A DNA stretch of 64,000 bases, taken from an uncultured Chloroflexia bacterium (GTDB taxonomy: Bacteria; Chloroflexota; Limnocylindria; Limnocylindrales; CSP1-4). The translations under genes were made by a program, and so were the position numbers. The stretch's first letter is position 1. Each line of letters opens with the position of its first letter. The notes under the pieces are model-generated. The model was not told the DNA's origin. It saw nothing but the letters and a program-made list of their open reading frames with translations, and made no database searches. Shown here piece by piece: positions 19,249-29,744 of the stretch. The stretch covers positions 320,001 through 384,000 of the forward strand of contig CAVQJC010000017.1 in the NCBI GenBank assembly GCA_963712745.1. Reading direction: 5' to 3'.

Positions 19249-19818
19249 TCATCGAAGCGCGGCCCCCGTGGCCGGATCAAGCGCCGTGACCACTCCGCCG
19301 TAGCTGGTCAGGGTCAGCGTGCCGCCCATGAGCTCTGCCGCGGCGATGACGTCGCTCTGGGCCACGCGCCAGCGCACCGCCCCAGCGGGGTCGAGCGCGA
19401 CGGTCTCGACCTCGCTCTGGACGATGACGTGCTCGATGCGCGACGAACCCAGCACGGCCACGACGGGCGTACCCGAGAGGTGTGACCAGAGCAGTCCGCC
19501 GGTGCGGCTGGCCAGCCCGTAGACGCGGAACCCGTACTTGACCACGAGCTGGGCCTGGGTGTCCCAGAGCAGGCCGGTCGGCTCGTCGAACACGGGCGAG
19601 GCGAAGCGAGCGGTCCAGCTCCCGAGCGGGCCTTCGATGCGCAGCTCAGCCCGGCACATCCGGGTCGGGTCGCCGCCCGCGAGCGCGACGTGATCGGTGA
19701 CCGTCCCGCCCGCCTCCGAGAGGGCGAAGACGTCACCGGCCGCAGCGCTGCCGGCCCAGCGGTAGCGGGCCGCGAGACCGCCGGGGTAGCCGATGCTGGC
19801 GCGCCGGACGTCGCTCAC
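19249..19818 (-). CDS. hypothetical protein with PQQ-like beta-propeller repeats
   Basis: GLASRTGGLLW, ALDPAGAVRW, ALDPATG repeats; GTGA overlap with ybaK-like stop. Confidence 0.65.
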   Translation of the reverse strand: MSDVRRASIGYPGGLAARYRWAGSAAAGDVFALSEAGGTVTDHVALAGGDPTRMCRAELRIEGPLGSWTARFASPVFDEPTGLLWDTQAQLVVKYGFRVYGLASRTGGLLWSHLSGTPVVAVLGSSRIEHVIVQSEVETVALDPAGAVRWRVAQSDVIAAAELMGGTLTLTSYGGVVTALDPATGAALR

Positions 19819-20348
19819 CGATGGTCCGCGACCGGCTCCACGATCTCGGCACAGGGCGCGACCAACGCGTCGGCGAGCATCGCCAGCGTGGCCGGAGAGA
19901 TGGGAAACACCGCGGTCGGCGTTCCGGCTGCGGCCCAGATCTGCTCGTAGCCGTCGAGCGCCGGATCCATGACCACGCTGATGCGTTGCTGGTGGCCGAA
20001 GGGCGGCACGCCACCGATGACGTAGCCTGTGGCCGCCTTGGCCTCCTTGGCGCTGGCGCGGCGTATCCGTGGCCGGGCTGAGACGGTGGCCAGCTTGCCG
20101 ATGTCGACCCGGTCGGTGCCGCGCACCAGCGCGATGACCGGCTCGAGCACGCCGTCGTCGCGCGCCGGATCGGTCGGGGCCATGAAGACCAGGCTCTTGA
20201 CGATCTGGCCCAGCTCGACGCCGATGGCGTCGGCCGCTTCCTGGGCGGTGTGGGTCGACTCGTCGAAGGTCACGATCTCGATGGTGACGCCGCGCTTGGC
20301 AGCGGCCTCGCGGACACGTTGATGGGCAGGATGGGCGTCGATGAGCAT
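19815..20348 (-). CDS. YbaK/EbsC family aminoacyl-tRNA deacylase
   Basis: THTAQEAA..GQIVKSLVF, TGYVIGGVPPFGH, WAAAGTPTAVF. Confidence 0.92.
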   Translation of the reverse strand: MLIDAHPAHQRVREAAAKRGVTIEIVTFDESTHTAQEAADAIGVELGQIVKSLVFMAPTDPARDDGVLEPVIALVRGTDRVDIGKLATVSARPRIRRASAKEAKAATGYVIGGVPPFGHQQRISVVMDPALDGYEQIWAAAGTPTAVFPISPATLAMLADALVAPCAEIVEPVADHR

Positions 20349-20414
20349 GGCCTCTCGAGTCTAGGACATCGGCCGCTGGCGGCCCGGGTGTACGATCGGG
20401 GGACAACCACACAT

Positions 20415-20505
20415 GGGACAGGGGAGCGCCCTCGCGGCGCTGAGAGTGCGGCTCGGCCGCAGACCCTCGGAACCTGATCCGGTTCGTACCGGCGAAGGGA
20501 GTCGA
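20415..20505 (+). ncRNA. TPP riboswitch
   Basis: GGGGAGC..GCTGAGA..GACCCTCGGAACCTGATCCGGTTCGTACCGGCGAAGGGA consensus upstream of thiamine genes. Confidence 0.95.
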
Positions 20506-20547
20506 TGACGCCACCTCCGTCCCGACCAGACGGAGGTCCTGATTCCC

Positions 20548-21249
20548 ATGGCCGCTCACGCACGTGCGCTCGTCGTCGCCGACGGCGACGTCGACCAGGC
20601 GCTGCTCGCCGAGCTGGCCGCAGCCGACCCGCTCCCGCTGCTCATCGCCGCCGACGGCGGGGCTGCCCGGGTCGCCGAAGCCGGTCTCAGACCCGACCTC
20701 GTGGTCGGCGACCTCGATTCAATCGCCGCCGACGAGCGAGCCGACCTCGAAGCGGCGGGAGTCGAGCTGAGCGTGGCCGATCCGGATAAGGACGAGAGCG
20801 ACATGGAGCTGTGCCTGCTGGCGGCCCTGGAGGCCGGCGCGACAGCGATCACGGTGCTCGGTGCGCTGGGCCTGGTCCGGCCCGAGCACTCGGTGGCGAA
20901 CCTGCTGCTGCTGGCAGACCCCCGCTTCGATGGCATCGACCTCGTCCTGGCCGGCCGGGGTTCGCGCATCACGCGCATGGGCACGCGCGCCGGCCCTGGA
21001 GCCATCGAGATCGAGGGCGACGCGGGTGACTTCCTCTCGCTCTTCCCGCTCGACGCGACCGCCGAGGGCGTCTCCACGGTCGGCCTGCGCTTCGCCCTCG
21101 CCGAAGAGACCCTGGCCCAGGGACCGTCACGAGGCCTGTCCAACGAACTGCTCGCGCGCCGTGCGCGGGTGACCTCGCGTCGTGGCTGCCTGCTCGTGAT
21201 CCACACCCGTCGGTCGATGGCCGACGCCCCACCCACAGGAGGAGCCTGA
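20548..21249 (+). CDS. thiN: thiamine diphosphokinase
   Basis: IAADGGA, VVGDLDS, DKDESDMEL, GLSNE. Confidence 0.92.
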   Translation: MAAHARALVVADGDVDQALLAELAAADPLPLLIAADGGAARVAEAGLRPDLVVGDLDSIAADERADLEAAGVELSVADPDKDESDMELCLLAALEAGATAITVLGALGLVRPEHSVANLLLLADPRFDGIDLVLAGRGSRITRMGTRAGPGAIEIEGDAGDFLSLFPLDATAEGVSTVGLRFALAEETLAQGPSRGLSNELLARRARVTSRRGCLLVIHTRRSMADAPPTGGA

Positions 21250-22317
21250 ATGGACCGGACCATCATCCTGCCGTCCGTCCTCGCCGTGGCCCTGGCGGGG
21301 GCCGCTCTCATCGCGACCGCCGTGCCGGTGGCGGCAGAGGAACGGACGCTGACGCTGATGACCCACGACTCGTTCTTCCTGCCGGAGGAGGCGCTCGCCT
21401 CCTTCGAGGCCGAGCACGACGTCGAGCTCCAGCTCCTGCCGGCGGGGGACGCCGGTTCCATGGTCAACCAGGCCATCCTCACCGCCGACCGACCGCTGGC
21501 CGACGTCCTTTTCGGGGTCGACAACACGTTCCTTTCGCGCGCGCTCGAGGCCGATCTCTTCACGCCTTACACGTCCGCAGCTCTGGCCGCCGTGCCGTCC
21601 GAGCTCCGGCTCGATCCCGAGGGCCGGGTGACGCCCATCGACTACGCCGACGTCTGTCTTAACCTCGACCGGGCGGCCTTCGGCGAGGGCGGGCTGCCGG
21701 AGCCGACGACGCTCGAGGCCTTGGCCGAGCCGGCCCTGGCTGGGCAGCTGGTCGTCGAGAACCCGGCCACCTCGTCGCCCGGCCTGGCCTTCCTGCTCGC
21801 GACCGTGGCCTACTTCGGTGAGGACCCCGAGAGCGGCTGGCCGGCCTACTGGGCCGGCTTGCGTGCCAACGACGTGGTCGTGACCTCCGGCTGGGAGGAG
21901 GCCTACTACGGCCGCTTCTCCGGTGGCGCAGGCGAGGGCGACCGTGCCATCGTCGTGTCCTACGCCTCGAGCCCGGTGGCCGAGGTCATCTACGGTCCCG
22001 ACCCCGAGGCTGAGGTCTCTCCCACCCTGGCGGTCGAGGCCGGCTGCTTCCGCCAGATCGAGTTCGCCGGCATCCTGCGCGGGACCGACGAACCTGAGCT
22101 AGCCGGGGCCTTCCTCGACCATCTCCTGAGCCCCCAGGTGCAAGCCGAGCTGCCGCTGGCGATGCTGGTCTACCCGGCCCGGGCCGATGTGCCCCTGCCC
22201 GAGGCGTTCGAGCAGCACGCGCTGGTGCCGCTGGCACCGCTCAGCCTTGACCCCGCGGTCATCGATGCCGGCCGTGAGGCCTGGATCAACCAGTGGACCG
22301 ATATCGTCCTGCGCTGA
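21250..22317 (+). CDS. thiB: thiamine ABC transporter substrate-binding protein
   Basis: signal peptide, THDSF, GVDNTFL, NPATSSPGLAFL, VVSYASSP, CFRQIEFAG. Confidence 0.93.
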   Translation: MDRTIILPSVLAVALAGAALIATAVPVAAEERTLTLMTHDSFFLPEEALASFEAEHDVELQLLPAGDAGSMVNQAILTADRPLADVLFGVDNTFLSRALEADLFTPYTSAALAAVPSELRLDPEGRVTPIDYADVCLNLDRAAFGEGGLPEPTTLEALAEPALAGQLVVENPATSSPGLAFLLATVAYFGEDPESGWPAYWAGLRANDVVVTSGWEEAYYGRFSGGAGEGDRAIVVSYASSPVAEVIYGPDPEAEVSPTLAVEAGCFRQIEFAGILRGTDEPELAGAFLDHLLSPQVQAELPLAMLVYPARADVPLPEAFEQHALVPLAPLSLDPAVIDAGREAWINQWTDIVLR

Positions 22318-23978
22318 CGCGCCGCCGGGCCCTGTTGCTGGCGGCTGGGCCGCTGGCCTTCCTGGGCCTGTTCTTCCTGTGGCCGGTGGCCAACATCCTG
22401 GCCCTGGGACTGGCCCCTGCCGGGCAGCTGGCGCTGGGCCACGTGCTCGAGACCTGGGCGCGGCCCTTCGTCTTCGAGGTCGTGCTCTTCACGCTGGCGC
22501 TGGCCGGGGCGTCGACGCTGCTGACGCTGGTGCTGGGGATGCCCGCCGCCTGGGTCTTCGCCCGCTTCACCTTCCCTGGCAAACGGGTCGCACGGGCGCT
22601 GACGGTAGTGCCCTTCGTGCTCCCCACCGTGGTGGTCGGATCGGCTTTCCTGGCTCTCCTCGGTCCGCGCAGTCCGCTCAATGCGCTAGCCACCGTGCTC
22701 TTCGGCGCTGACGTGCCACAGGTGCGCCTGGACGGCTCGGTCGGCGCCATCCTCATCGCCCACGTCTTCTACAACGTGGCCGTGGTCATCCGCCTGGTCG
22801 GAGGCATGTGGGCGCACATCGATCCGCGTACCGAGGAGGCCGCGCGCATGCTGGGCGCCACGCCGTGGCGGGCCTTCCGCGAGATCACCTGGCCCCTGCT
22901 GCGCCCGGCCGCCATCTCGGCCGCCTCGATCGTCTTCCTCTTCACCGTCACCTCGTTCGGTGTGGTGCTGCTCCTGGGCGGGCCGCGCGACACCACGCTG
23001 GAGGTCGAGATCTACCGCCAGACGGCCATCCTGCTGGACCTGCCCACGGCCGCAGCACTGACCATCCTCCAGATGAGCGGCGTCTTCGTGTTGCTGCTGG
23101 TGAGCGCCCGGGCGCAGGAAGGGCTGGCCGTGCGGCAGCGGCTGCGGGCCGCGGCGGAGACCGTACGCCGGCCTCGACCCGGACGTGAACGCGTGGTGGT
23201 GACCGCTATCCTGGTGGCCACGGTGGTGTTCATGTTCGCGCCGCTGGCGGTGCTGGTGGAGCGCTCGCTGGCGGGAGCCGACGGCTATGGCCTGGCCGCC
23301 TACGGCTCGCTGCTCGAAACCGATCCGCGCATGCGCCTGACCTCCGCCCCCTGGCAGTCGGTGCTCCACTCGCTGGCCTTCGCCGCGGCCACCACGCTCA
23401 TCGCCGGCACGCTCGGGCTGCTGGCCGCGACGGTGGTGGGCTACCGGCGCGGCTGGCTCGTGCGCGGGCTCGACGCGCTGGTGATGCTGCCGCTGGGCAC
23501 CTCGGCGGTCATCGTCGGTTTCGGCTTCCTGGTCTCGCTGGACACGCCCCCGCTGGATCTGCGTACCTCCATCCTGCTCATCCCCATCGCCCATGCCCTC
23601 ATCGCCCTGCCCTTCGTCATGCGCGCGGTCGTGCCCCTCATCCGTTCCATCGATGACCGTCTGCGCGAGGCGGCGGCGGTGCTGGGTGCCTCGCCGCGCC
23701 GCGCCTGGCTGGAGGTGGACGGGCCGATCCTGGCGCGCGGCGCCCTGGTCGGCGCGGGCTTCGCCTTCGCGGTATCGCTGGGCGAGTTCGGGGCCACACT
23801 GTTCATCGCTCGTCCCGACAGCGTCACCATCCCCGTGGCCATCTACCGGCTGCTGGGCCAGCCGGGTGCGGCCAACTTCGCCACGGCCATGGCCCTGGCG
23901 GTCGTGCTCATGGTGGTCACGGCGGCCGCAGTCCTGCTCATCGAGCGGCTCCGCGGTAGCGGTCCACAACCGTTCTAG
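22293..23978 (+). CDS. thiP: thiamine ABC transporter permease (start uncertain, 22293-22314)
   Basis: two EAA motifs (EEAARMLGA, REAAAVLGAS), ~12 TM. Confidence 0.9.
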   Translation: MDRYRPALTRRRALLLAAGPLAFLGLFFLWPVANILALGLAPAGQLALGHVLETWARPFVFEVVLFTLALAGASTLLTLVLGMPAAWVFARFTFPGKRVARALTVVPFVLPTVVVGSAFLALLGPRSPLNALATVLFGADVPQVRLDGSVGAILIAHVFYNVAVVIRLVGGMWAHIDPRTEEAARMLGATPWRAFREITWPLLRPAAISAASIVFLFTVTSFGVVLLLGGPRDTTLEVEIYRQTAILLDLPTAAALTILQMSGVFVLLLVSARAQEGLAVRQRLRAAAETVRRPRPGRERVVVTAILVATVVFMFAPLAVLVERSLAGADGYGLAAYGSLLETDPRMRLTSAPWQSVLHSLAFAAATTLIAGTLGLLAATVVGYRRGWLVRGLDALVMLPLGTSAVIVGFGFLVSLDTPPLDLRTSILLIPIAHALIALPFVMRAVVPLIRSIDDRLREAAAVLGASPRRAWLEVDGPILARGALVGAGFAFAVSLGEFGATLFIARPDSVTIPVAIYRLLGQPGAANFATAMALAVVLMVVTAAAVLLIERLRGSGPQPF

Positions 23979-23988
23979 ACGAGATCGC

Positions 23989-25089
23989 ATGCTCCACATC
24001 GAAGCTCTGGAGGCCGCCTACGAGGACGATCCGGTGCTGCGCGGCGTCGACCTCGACGTGGCCACCGGGGAGCTGCTCTGCGTGCTCGGGCCCAGCGGCG
24101 GCGGCAAGTCCACGTTGCTGCGCGTCATCTCCGGCCTGGAGGAGCCGACTCGGGGCCGTCTCACTCTAGACGGGCGTGACCTCGCCGGCGTGCCGGCCCA
24201 CCAGCGCGGCGTCGGGCTGATGTTCCAGGACTATGCCCTCTTCCCGCATCGCAACGTAGCCGAGAACGTGGCGTTCGGCCTGCGCATGGCAGGCCAGGCC
24301 GATGCCGAGGCGCGAGCACGGGTGCGTGACCTGCTGGAACTGGTGGGCTTGCCCGGAGCGGGCGAGCGCCCCGTGGCGCAGCTGTCGGGCGGTGAGCAGC
24401 AGCGGGTCGCTCTGGCCCGGGCCCTGGCTCCCCGTCCACGCCTGCTCATGCTCGACGAGCCCATGGGCTCGCTCGACCGCTCGCTGCGCGAGCGGCTGCC
24501 CGAGGAACTGCGTGACATCTTCGGCGAACTGGGCCTGACCGTCATCTATGTCACCCACGACCAGGACGAGGCTCTCTCGGTCGCCGACCGGGTTGTCCTG
24601 CTGCGTGACGGGCAGGTCGTGGCCGACGACACGCCCGAGACCCTCTGGACGCACCCCCCAAGCGCCTGGGCCGCGCACTTCCTGGGCTTCCGCAATCTCG
24701 CTCCTGGCCGCCTCATCGGCGAAGCCATCGAGACGCCCTGGGGCCGCCTTCCGGCCGCGGCCGCCGGGCCGGGAGCTTCCGGCCCGACATCCCTGGGCGG
24801 GGACGCGCAGCCGACGCCGGTCACGGTCGTGCTGCGGCCGGCGGCGCTCGTGGCCGAGCCGACGGGGCCCATCAGCGGGGTGGTCGTGGCCCGTCGCTTC
24901 CGCGGCGACCACGTCCTGCTGGTGGTCGAGGTCGGGGAGGCGCCTCCGTTGCAGGTGGAGGCGCGGGAGGCGGAGCTGCCCACGGTCGGCGACGCCATCA
25001 CGCTGTCCGTGCTGCCCGGTGGCGCGCATCTCATCGCGGCCGCTCCCGGCACCACGGACGCGACGTCGGCGCTACCCTCTGGCCCATGA
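23989..25089 (+). CDS. thiQ: thiamine ABC transporter ATP-binding protein
   Basis: GPSGGGKST, LSGGEQQRVALAR, LDEP, VTHD. Confidence 0.88.
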   Translation: MLHIEALEAAYEDDPVLRGVDLDVATGELLCVLGPSGGGKSTLLRVISGLEEPTRGRLTLDGRDLAGVPAHQRGVGLMFQDYALFPHRNVAENVAFGLRMAGQADAEARARVRDLLELVGLPGAGERPVAQLSGGEQQRVALARALAPRPRLLMLDEPMGSLDRSLRERLPEELRDIFGELGLTVIYVTHDQDEALSVADRVVLLRDGQVVADDTPETLWTHPPSAWAAHFLGFRNLAPGRLIGEAIETPWGRLPAAAAGPGASGPTSLGGDAQPTPVTVVLRPAALVAEPTGPISGVVVARRFRGDHVLLVVEVGEAPPLQVEAREAELPTVGDAITLSVLPGGAHLIAAAPGTTDATSALPSGP

Positions 25090-25568
25090 ACAACGTGACG
25101 ATGCCTGCGGTCGGCGAAGCCGCCCCTGGGCTGACCCTGCCCGACGACTCCGGCACCATCCAGGACCTGGCGGCCCAGCGCGGCCGCTGGGTGGTGCTCT
25201 TCTTTTACCCCAAGGACTTCACCTCCGGCTGCACCACCGAGGTCTGCGAGTTCCGTGACCTGACCGCCGAATTCGCGGCCGCCGGTGCGACCGTCTGGTC
25301 GGTCAGCGTCCTGGACATCGAGTCGAAGGCAAGGTTCAAGGCGGAGCACAGGCTCACCTTCCCGTTGCTGGCCGATCCTGACCACGAGGTCGCCGAGCGG
25401 TACGGTGTGTGGGTCGAGAAGAAGAACTACGGCAAGGCCTACTGGGGCATCGGGCGAGCCACGTTCCTGATCGATCCCGAGGGCCGCGTCGCTCATGTCT
25501 GGCCCAAGGTCAAGGTCGATGGCCACGCGGCGGAGGTGCTCGAGACGTTGCGCACAGCCACGGCATGA
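25086..25568 (+). CDS. bcp: peroxiredoxin Q / Bcp
   Basis: FFYPKDFTSGCTTEVCEFRD, EKKNYGK, KVKVDGHA. Confidence 0.93.
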   Translation: MNNVTMPAVGEAAPGLTLPDDSGTIQDLAAQRGRWVVLFFYPKDFTSGCTTEVCEFRDLTAEFAAAGATVWSVSVLDIESKARFKAEHRLTFPLLADPDHEVAERYGVWVEKKNYGKAYWGIGRATFLIDPEGRVAHVWPKVKVDGHAAEVLETLRTATA

Positions 25569-25569
25569 G

Positions 25570-25660
25570 TGGCTCGCCGGGGAGTCAGGGGAGGGCCCGC
25601 GTGGGTCCGCGGACAGAAGAAGACGTCGCTCGTGGGGGGAGACGAGCGACGTCGCTTAAG
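25570..25660 (-). ncRNA. candidate small RNA with C-rich-loop hairpin (6C-like); ends approximate
   Basis: perfect 12-bp stem 25622-25633/25642-25653, loop CTCCCCCC on minus strand; TTGATT-N16-TATCCT and an A7 tract upstream. Confidence 0.45.
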
Positions 25661-25734
25661 AAGGATAGCGGGTCCGCTGGAAGAATCAAGTACCTCGTGG
25701 GTGTTTTTTTGGCGGGTGCTGATGGGGGCCCTGG

Positions 25735-26487
25735 GTGAGCTCCACGGCGGGGGTCGGCGAAGGCCCGCGGATCCGGCTGAGCGGCGACCGCCCGACGCGC
25801 CTGCTGGTCGTCACTGCTCATCCCCAGGATGCCGAGATGACGCTCGCGGGAAGCGTCGCACGCTGGGTCTCCGAGGGCACCGCGGCCCAGCTCGTTTGCT
25901 GTACCAGCGGTGACACCGGCGCCGATGAGGCCACGACCGACCCGCTGGAGCTGGCGGCCCTGCGCGAGGCTGAACAGCGCTCCGCGGCGGCTATCGTGGG
26001 TTACGAGGACGTGACCTTCCTGCACCGGCCGGACGGCGCGCTCGCCAATGACCTGGCCCTGCGTGAGCAGCTCGTGCGCATCATCCGGTCCTTCCGCCCC
26101 GATGCGGTGGCCGGGTTCGACCCGCGCGTCGTCATCCATCCACGGGGCTTCGTCAACCATGTCGACCACCGCGCTGCCGGCGCAGCCGCCATCGACGCGG
26201 TCTACCCCGCTGCCGGGGCGGCCATGGCCTTCCCGCACCTGCTACGTGCTGAAGGGCTGAAGCCCCATCACGTCGATCGGCTCTACCTCTTCTGGGCCGA
26301 GCGGCCGGACACGGCCGTCGACATCAGCGCCACCCTCGAGGTCAAGCTACAGGCATTGGGGAGTCACGCCAGCCAGCGCGGGCGCTCCGGCCGACCCACC
26401 GAGGGCATCCGTGACTGGGCCCGAAGCGAGGGCGGGGCTGCCGGGGTCGAAGCTGCCGAGACCTTCGCCGTCATCGACCTGCGCTGA
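25735..26487 (+). CDS. PIG-L/LmbE family deacetylase
   Basis: VVTAHPQDAE, REAEQ, PDGAL, NHVDH, HASQ. Confidence 0.88.
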   Translation: MSSTAGVGEGPRIRLSGDRPTRLLVVTAHPQDAEMTLAGSVARWVSEGTAAQLVCCTSGDTGADEATTDPLELAALREAEQRSAAAIVGYEDVTFLHRPDGALANDLALREQLVRIIRSFRPDAVAGFDPRVVIHPRGFVNHVDHRAAGAAAIDAVYPAAGAAMAFPHLLRAEGLKPHHVDRLYLFWAERPDTAVDISATLEVKLQALGSHASQRGRSGRPTEGIRDWARSEGGAAGVEAAETFAVIDLR

Positions 26488-26499
26488 CGGCGGCGCCTC

Positions 26500-27669
26500 C
26501 TATCCGGGCAGACTGCCCAGGGAGTGACGGTCGCTGAGCAGGATCGGGCGCACCTGGCCCCACTCGTCCCACAGCGGCTCGAGCTGGTCGGATCGTCGGT
26601 CCAGGATGCGTGCCAGATGGTCGACGGTGAGATCGGGTGCACGCGCGGCCAGGAAGGCTCGAGCGTCGACACCGATGGAGCGTGGCAGCTGGGCCAAGTC
26701 CTCGGTACTCGGAAGGTCGCGCATGTTGCGCGGGTCGAGCCCGGCGTAGGCCAGCGCCATCGACAGGTCCGAGGGGGCGGGGGCACGTCCGGCGTGCCAG
26801 CCCTCGGACGGCTCGAAGATGAAGCCGAGGCGGGCCAGCGCTGCCACCACGTCGCGCGCCTCCTCGAAGGACAGGCCCGACCAGAACCGGTGGCTGGTGT
26901 CGAAGATGAGGTAGCCGTCCGCGGCCGCGGAGGTGACGATGGCGTCCACCAGTTCCTGCAGCTGCAACTGTGCCTCGGCCGGACTGAGGCCGGTGTGCTC
27001 GGAGATGCGCCTGGCGGCCAGCTCAAGGGCGACCCGGTCGCCGCTGACCATGGCCTCGATGACCAGCGGTGCTCCGGCGCTGGTCTGGCTGATGGCTACG
27101 GCGTGTCCCCCGGTGCCTGCGTGGGGCTCGAAGACCGTGGCCGGTCCGGCCTCTTCCGCTGCCTGCGCGCCTTCCTCGCACGAGGCCAGACGGACCCGGG
27201 CATCCATGCAGGCCGCCTCTGCCTGGTCGGCCCGCAGGCGCAGGGCTCCTTCGTCGCGCTGCACCTTGTGCAGGGCTTCCTCGATGGTCGAGACCGCGGC
27301 CTTGGCCTTGGAGACCTCGCGCTGCGCCAGTCGTCCAGCGCGATTGATGTCGTCGAGGGCACGAGCCCAGGCGGCCATGGCCGCTCGTTCCTCGTCTTCC
27401 GCGTGCGCAGCCAGACGCGCCAACTGATAGGCGTCACGGGCGGCGGCCTTCTCTGCGGCCCGCAGCGCTGGATCGGCGGCCGCATGGGCGTCGTCCAGTC
27501 GATGTTGCGCGGCCACCTGGTCGCGCTTGAGCTCGCGCATCCGCTCGACCGCTGCCTCGTGCGTCGTCCTGGCCGCATGCGCTTCTCCGCAGCGAGCCTC
27601 GACCTCGGCCCGCTGCCCGGCGCAGCCGTCGGCAGGCGGACCGCCCGAGGCCGGTCCTTCGGTGGTCAT
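26500..27669 (-). CDS. hypothetical protein with N-terminal coiled coil
   Basis: Ala/Glu/Arg-rich helical N-half, globular C-half, coding bias. Confidence 0.7.
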   Translation of the reverse strand: MTTEGPASGGPPADGCAGQRAEVEARCGEAHAARTTHEAAVERMRELKRDQVAAQHRLDDAHAAADPALRAAEKAAARDAYQLARLAAHAEDEERAAMAAWARALDDINRAGRLAQREVSKAKAAVSTIEEALHKVQRDEGALRLRADQAEAACMDARVRLASCEEGAQAAEEAGPATVFEPHAGTGGHAVAISQTSAGAPLVIEAMVSGDRVALELAARRISEHTGLSPAEAQLQLQELVDAIVTSAAADGYLIFDTSHRFWSGLSFEEARDVVAALARLGFIFEPSEGWHAGRAPAPSDLSMALAYAGLDPRNMRDLPSTEDLAQLPRSIGVDARAFLAARAPDLTVDHLARILDRRSDQLEPLWDEWGQVRPILLSDRHSLGSLPG

Positions 27670-27872
27670 GGACGCAACATAGGAGCCACGGCAGCTGAGG
27701 TCAACGCCCAGATGGTCACGGGCGCGTCGTGGGAGCGCCAGTGTGGCCGAAACGGTCACTCGCTCGCTAATCGATCCGGCAAGGTCACCGCGTCCGATGG
27801 TAGATTCCAGCCCACTCGTGCCAGCAGGCAAACCAACCAAGTTCGACGCGCGTTGAGGGGAGTCGATCCAGC

Positions 27873-29744
27873 GTGGTCATCGACACCGGCCAGGAGTTCC
27901 TCGTCCAGCCCGTGGACGCGTCCTGGCTGCAGTGCAACATCGAGTGCCAGGAGGCGTGTCCCGTGGGCACGAACTGCCGCGGCTACTTGAACCTCGCGGC
28001 AGAGGGGCGCTTCGAAGAGGGCTACATCCTCTCGCGCGAACCCAACCCCGTGGCTGCCATGTGCGCCTACGTCTGCTCGGCACCCTGCGAGCGTGCCTGC
28101 CGCCGTGGCGACATCGACCGCCCGCTGGCCATCCGCGCCATGAAGCGCTTTCTCGTCGAGTGGCACGCGCAGTCGGGCATCCCCGATGAGATGCCGCTGA
28201 TCACCCCTCGTGACACCACGGTCGCGGTCATCGGCGCCGGTCCCTCCGGCCTGGCTGTGGCCCGCGAACTGGCCGTGGCCGGTCACCAGGTCACCGTCTT
28301 CGACGAGCTGCCCATGGCCGGCGGCACGATGCTCGTGGGCGTGCCCGCGTTCCGCCTGCCTCGCGAGGCCATCGAGATGGACTACAGGCTCGTGGAGCGG
28401 CTGGGGGTGAGCTTCCGCTTCGACACGCGAGTCGGTCGTGACGTCAGCTTCGACGAACTGCAGCAGCAGTTCGACGCCATCGCCATCTGCGCCGGCGCCA
28501 TGAGCGCTGTGCCCCTGGACGTCCCCGGCAACGATTTGGCGGGCATCCAGTACGGCGTGGACTTCATGAAGAAGGCCAACCTCGGCGAGGAGGTCGAGGT
28601 GGGCAGGGACGTGGTCATCATCGGCGGCGGCTACACAGCCATGGACTGCTCGCGCACGAGCCTGCGCCATGGCGCGCAGAACGTGACCATCGCCTACCGT
28701 CGCACGCGCTCCGAGCTGGTGGTGGACGAGGAGGAGCTGGGCGAGACCGAGCGCGAGGGCGTGCGCATGGACTTCCTGGTCAGCCCGGTGGAGATCATCG
28801 GCGACGAGGACGGCAACATCAGCGGTGTCAAGTTCGTGCGCAACAAGCTGGGCGAGCCCGACGCCTCCGGCCGCCGCCGCCCCGTGCCTATCGAGGGCAC
28901 CGAGTACGTGGTCCCGGCTCAGACCGTCATCCCCGCCGTCAGCCAGGCCGCCGACAACACCTTCCTGCCGGTCGAATCCAGCTTCCACCTCAGCCGCGGT
29001 CGCATGCGTGTCGATCCCGGAACGTACGCCACCAATGTGCGCGGCGTCTTCGCCTGCGGCGACTTCGTGACCGGCCCGACCACGCTCATCGAAGCCGCCG
29101 GCCACGGCAAGAAGTGTGCCTACGCGGTGGACCGCTATCTCTCCGGCCGTTCGGCGGTGGAGGTCGAGGCCAACGTCCGCATCATCAGCTCGTCGCGCCA
29201 CGAGATGCCGGAGTCCTACGACACATTGCCGCGCCAGCACATCCCGGTGGTGTCGGTCGAGGCGCGCATCCCGTCGGACGACCCACGCGTCAACTTCAGC
29301 ACGCCCATGGAAGTCGGCTACTCGGTCGACGGGGCGGTGGCCGAGTCGACGCGCTGCCTGATGTGCAACTACAACATCTGGTTCGACGGCTTCCGCTGCG
29401 TGCTCTGCGGGGCCTGCGCGGACGTCTGCCCCGAGGGCGTCATCCACATGATCGACGTGAACCAGATGAAGTCCGAGGGTGCGCTGCCCGAGCTGGTCGA
29501 CGGTTACGGCTGGACCCAGGGCGCGGCCATGGTCCTCGACGAGGAACGCTGCATCCGCTGCGCGCTGTGCGTGAAGCGTTGTCCCTACGACGCCATCACC
29601 ATGGAACGGTTCGAGATGCAGGAGGTCAGCGACGACGGTAGGCTCTACAAGGAGTCGTACCGAGACACCCAGCTCGGCCTGGCCGGGCTGGGTAACCAGG
29701 AGCATGCAGGGGGACACACCTCGATGAAGGTGAGACGGCGTTGA
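27873..29744 (+). CDS. GltD/NfnB-like FAD/NAD(P)H oxidoreductase with C-terminal 2x[4Fe-4S] ferredoxin domain
   Basis: [68 protein letters not shown]. Confidence 0.9.
   Translation: MVIDTGQEFLVQPVDASWLQCNIECQEACPVGTNCRGYLNLAAEGRFEEGYILSREPNPVAAMCAYVCSAPCERACRRGDIDRPLAIRAMKRFLVEWHAQSGIPDEMPLITPRDTTVAVIGAGPSGLAVARELAVAGHQVTVFDELPMAGGTMLVGVPAFRLPREAIEMDYRLVERLGVSFRFDTRVGRDVSFDELQQQFDAIAICAGAMSAVPLDVPGNDLAGIQYGVDFMKKANLGEEVEVGRDVVIIGGGYTAMDCSRTSLRHGAQNVTIAYRRTRSELVVDEEELGETEREGVRMDFLVSPVEIIGDEDGNISGVKFVRNKLGEPDASGRRRPVPIEGTEYVVPAQTVIPAVSQAADNTFLPVESSFHLSRGRMRVDPGTYATNVRGVFACGDFVTGPTTLIEAAGHGKKCAYAVDRYLSGRSAVEVEANVRIISSSRHEMPESYDTLPRQHIPVVSVEARIPSDDPRVNFSTPMEVGYSVDGAVAESTRCLMCNYNIWFDGFRCVLCGACADVCPEGVIHMIDVNQMKSEGALPELVDGYGWTQGAAMVLDEERCIRCALCVKRCPYDAITMERFEMQEVSDDGRLYKESYRDTQLGLAGLGNQEHAGGHTSMKVRRR

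Noticed and set aside
27820-27865. GGCAAACC resembling a c-di-GMP-I riboswitch
   Set aside because: Lacks the GNRA-capped stem and downstream GCAAAG/P2 elements
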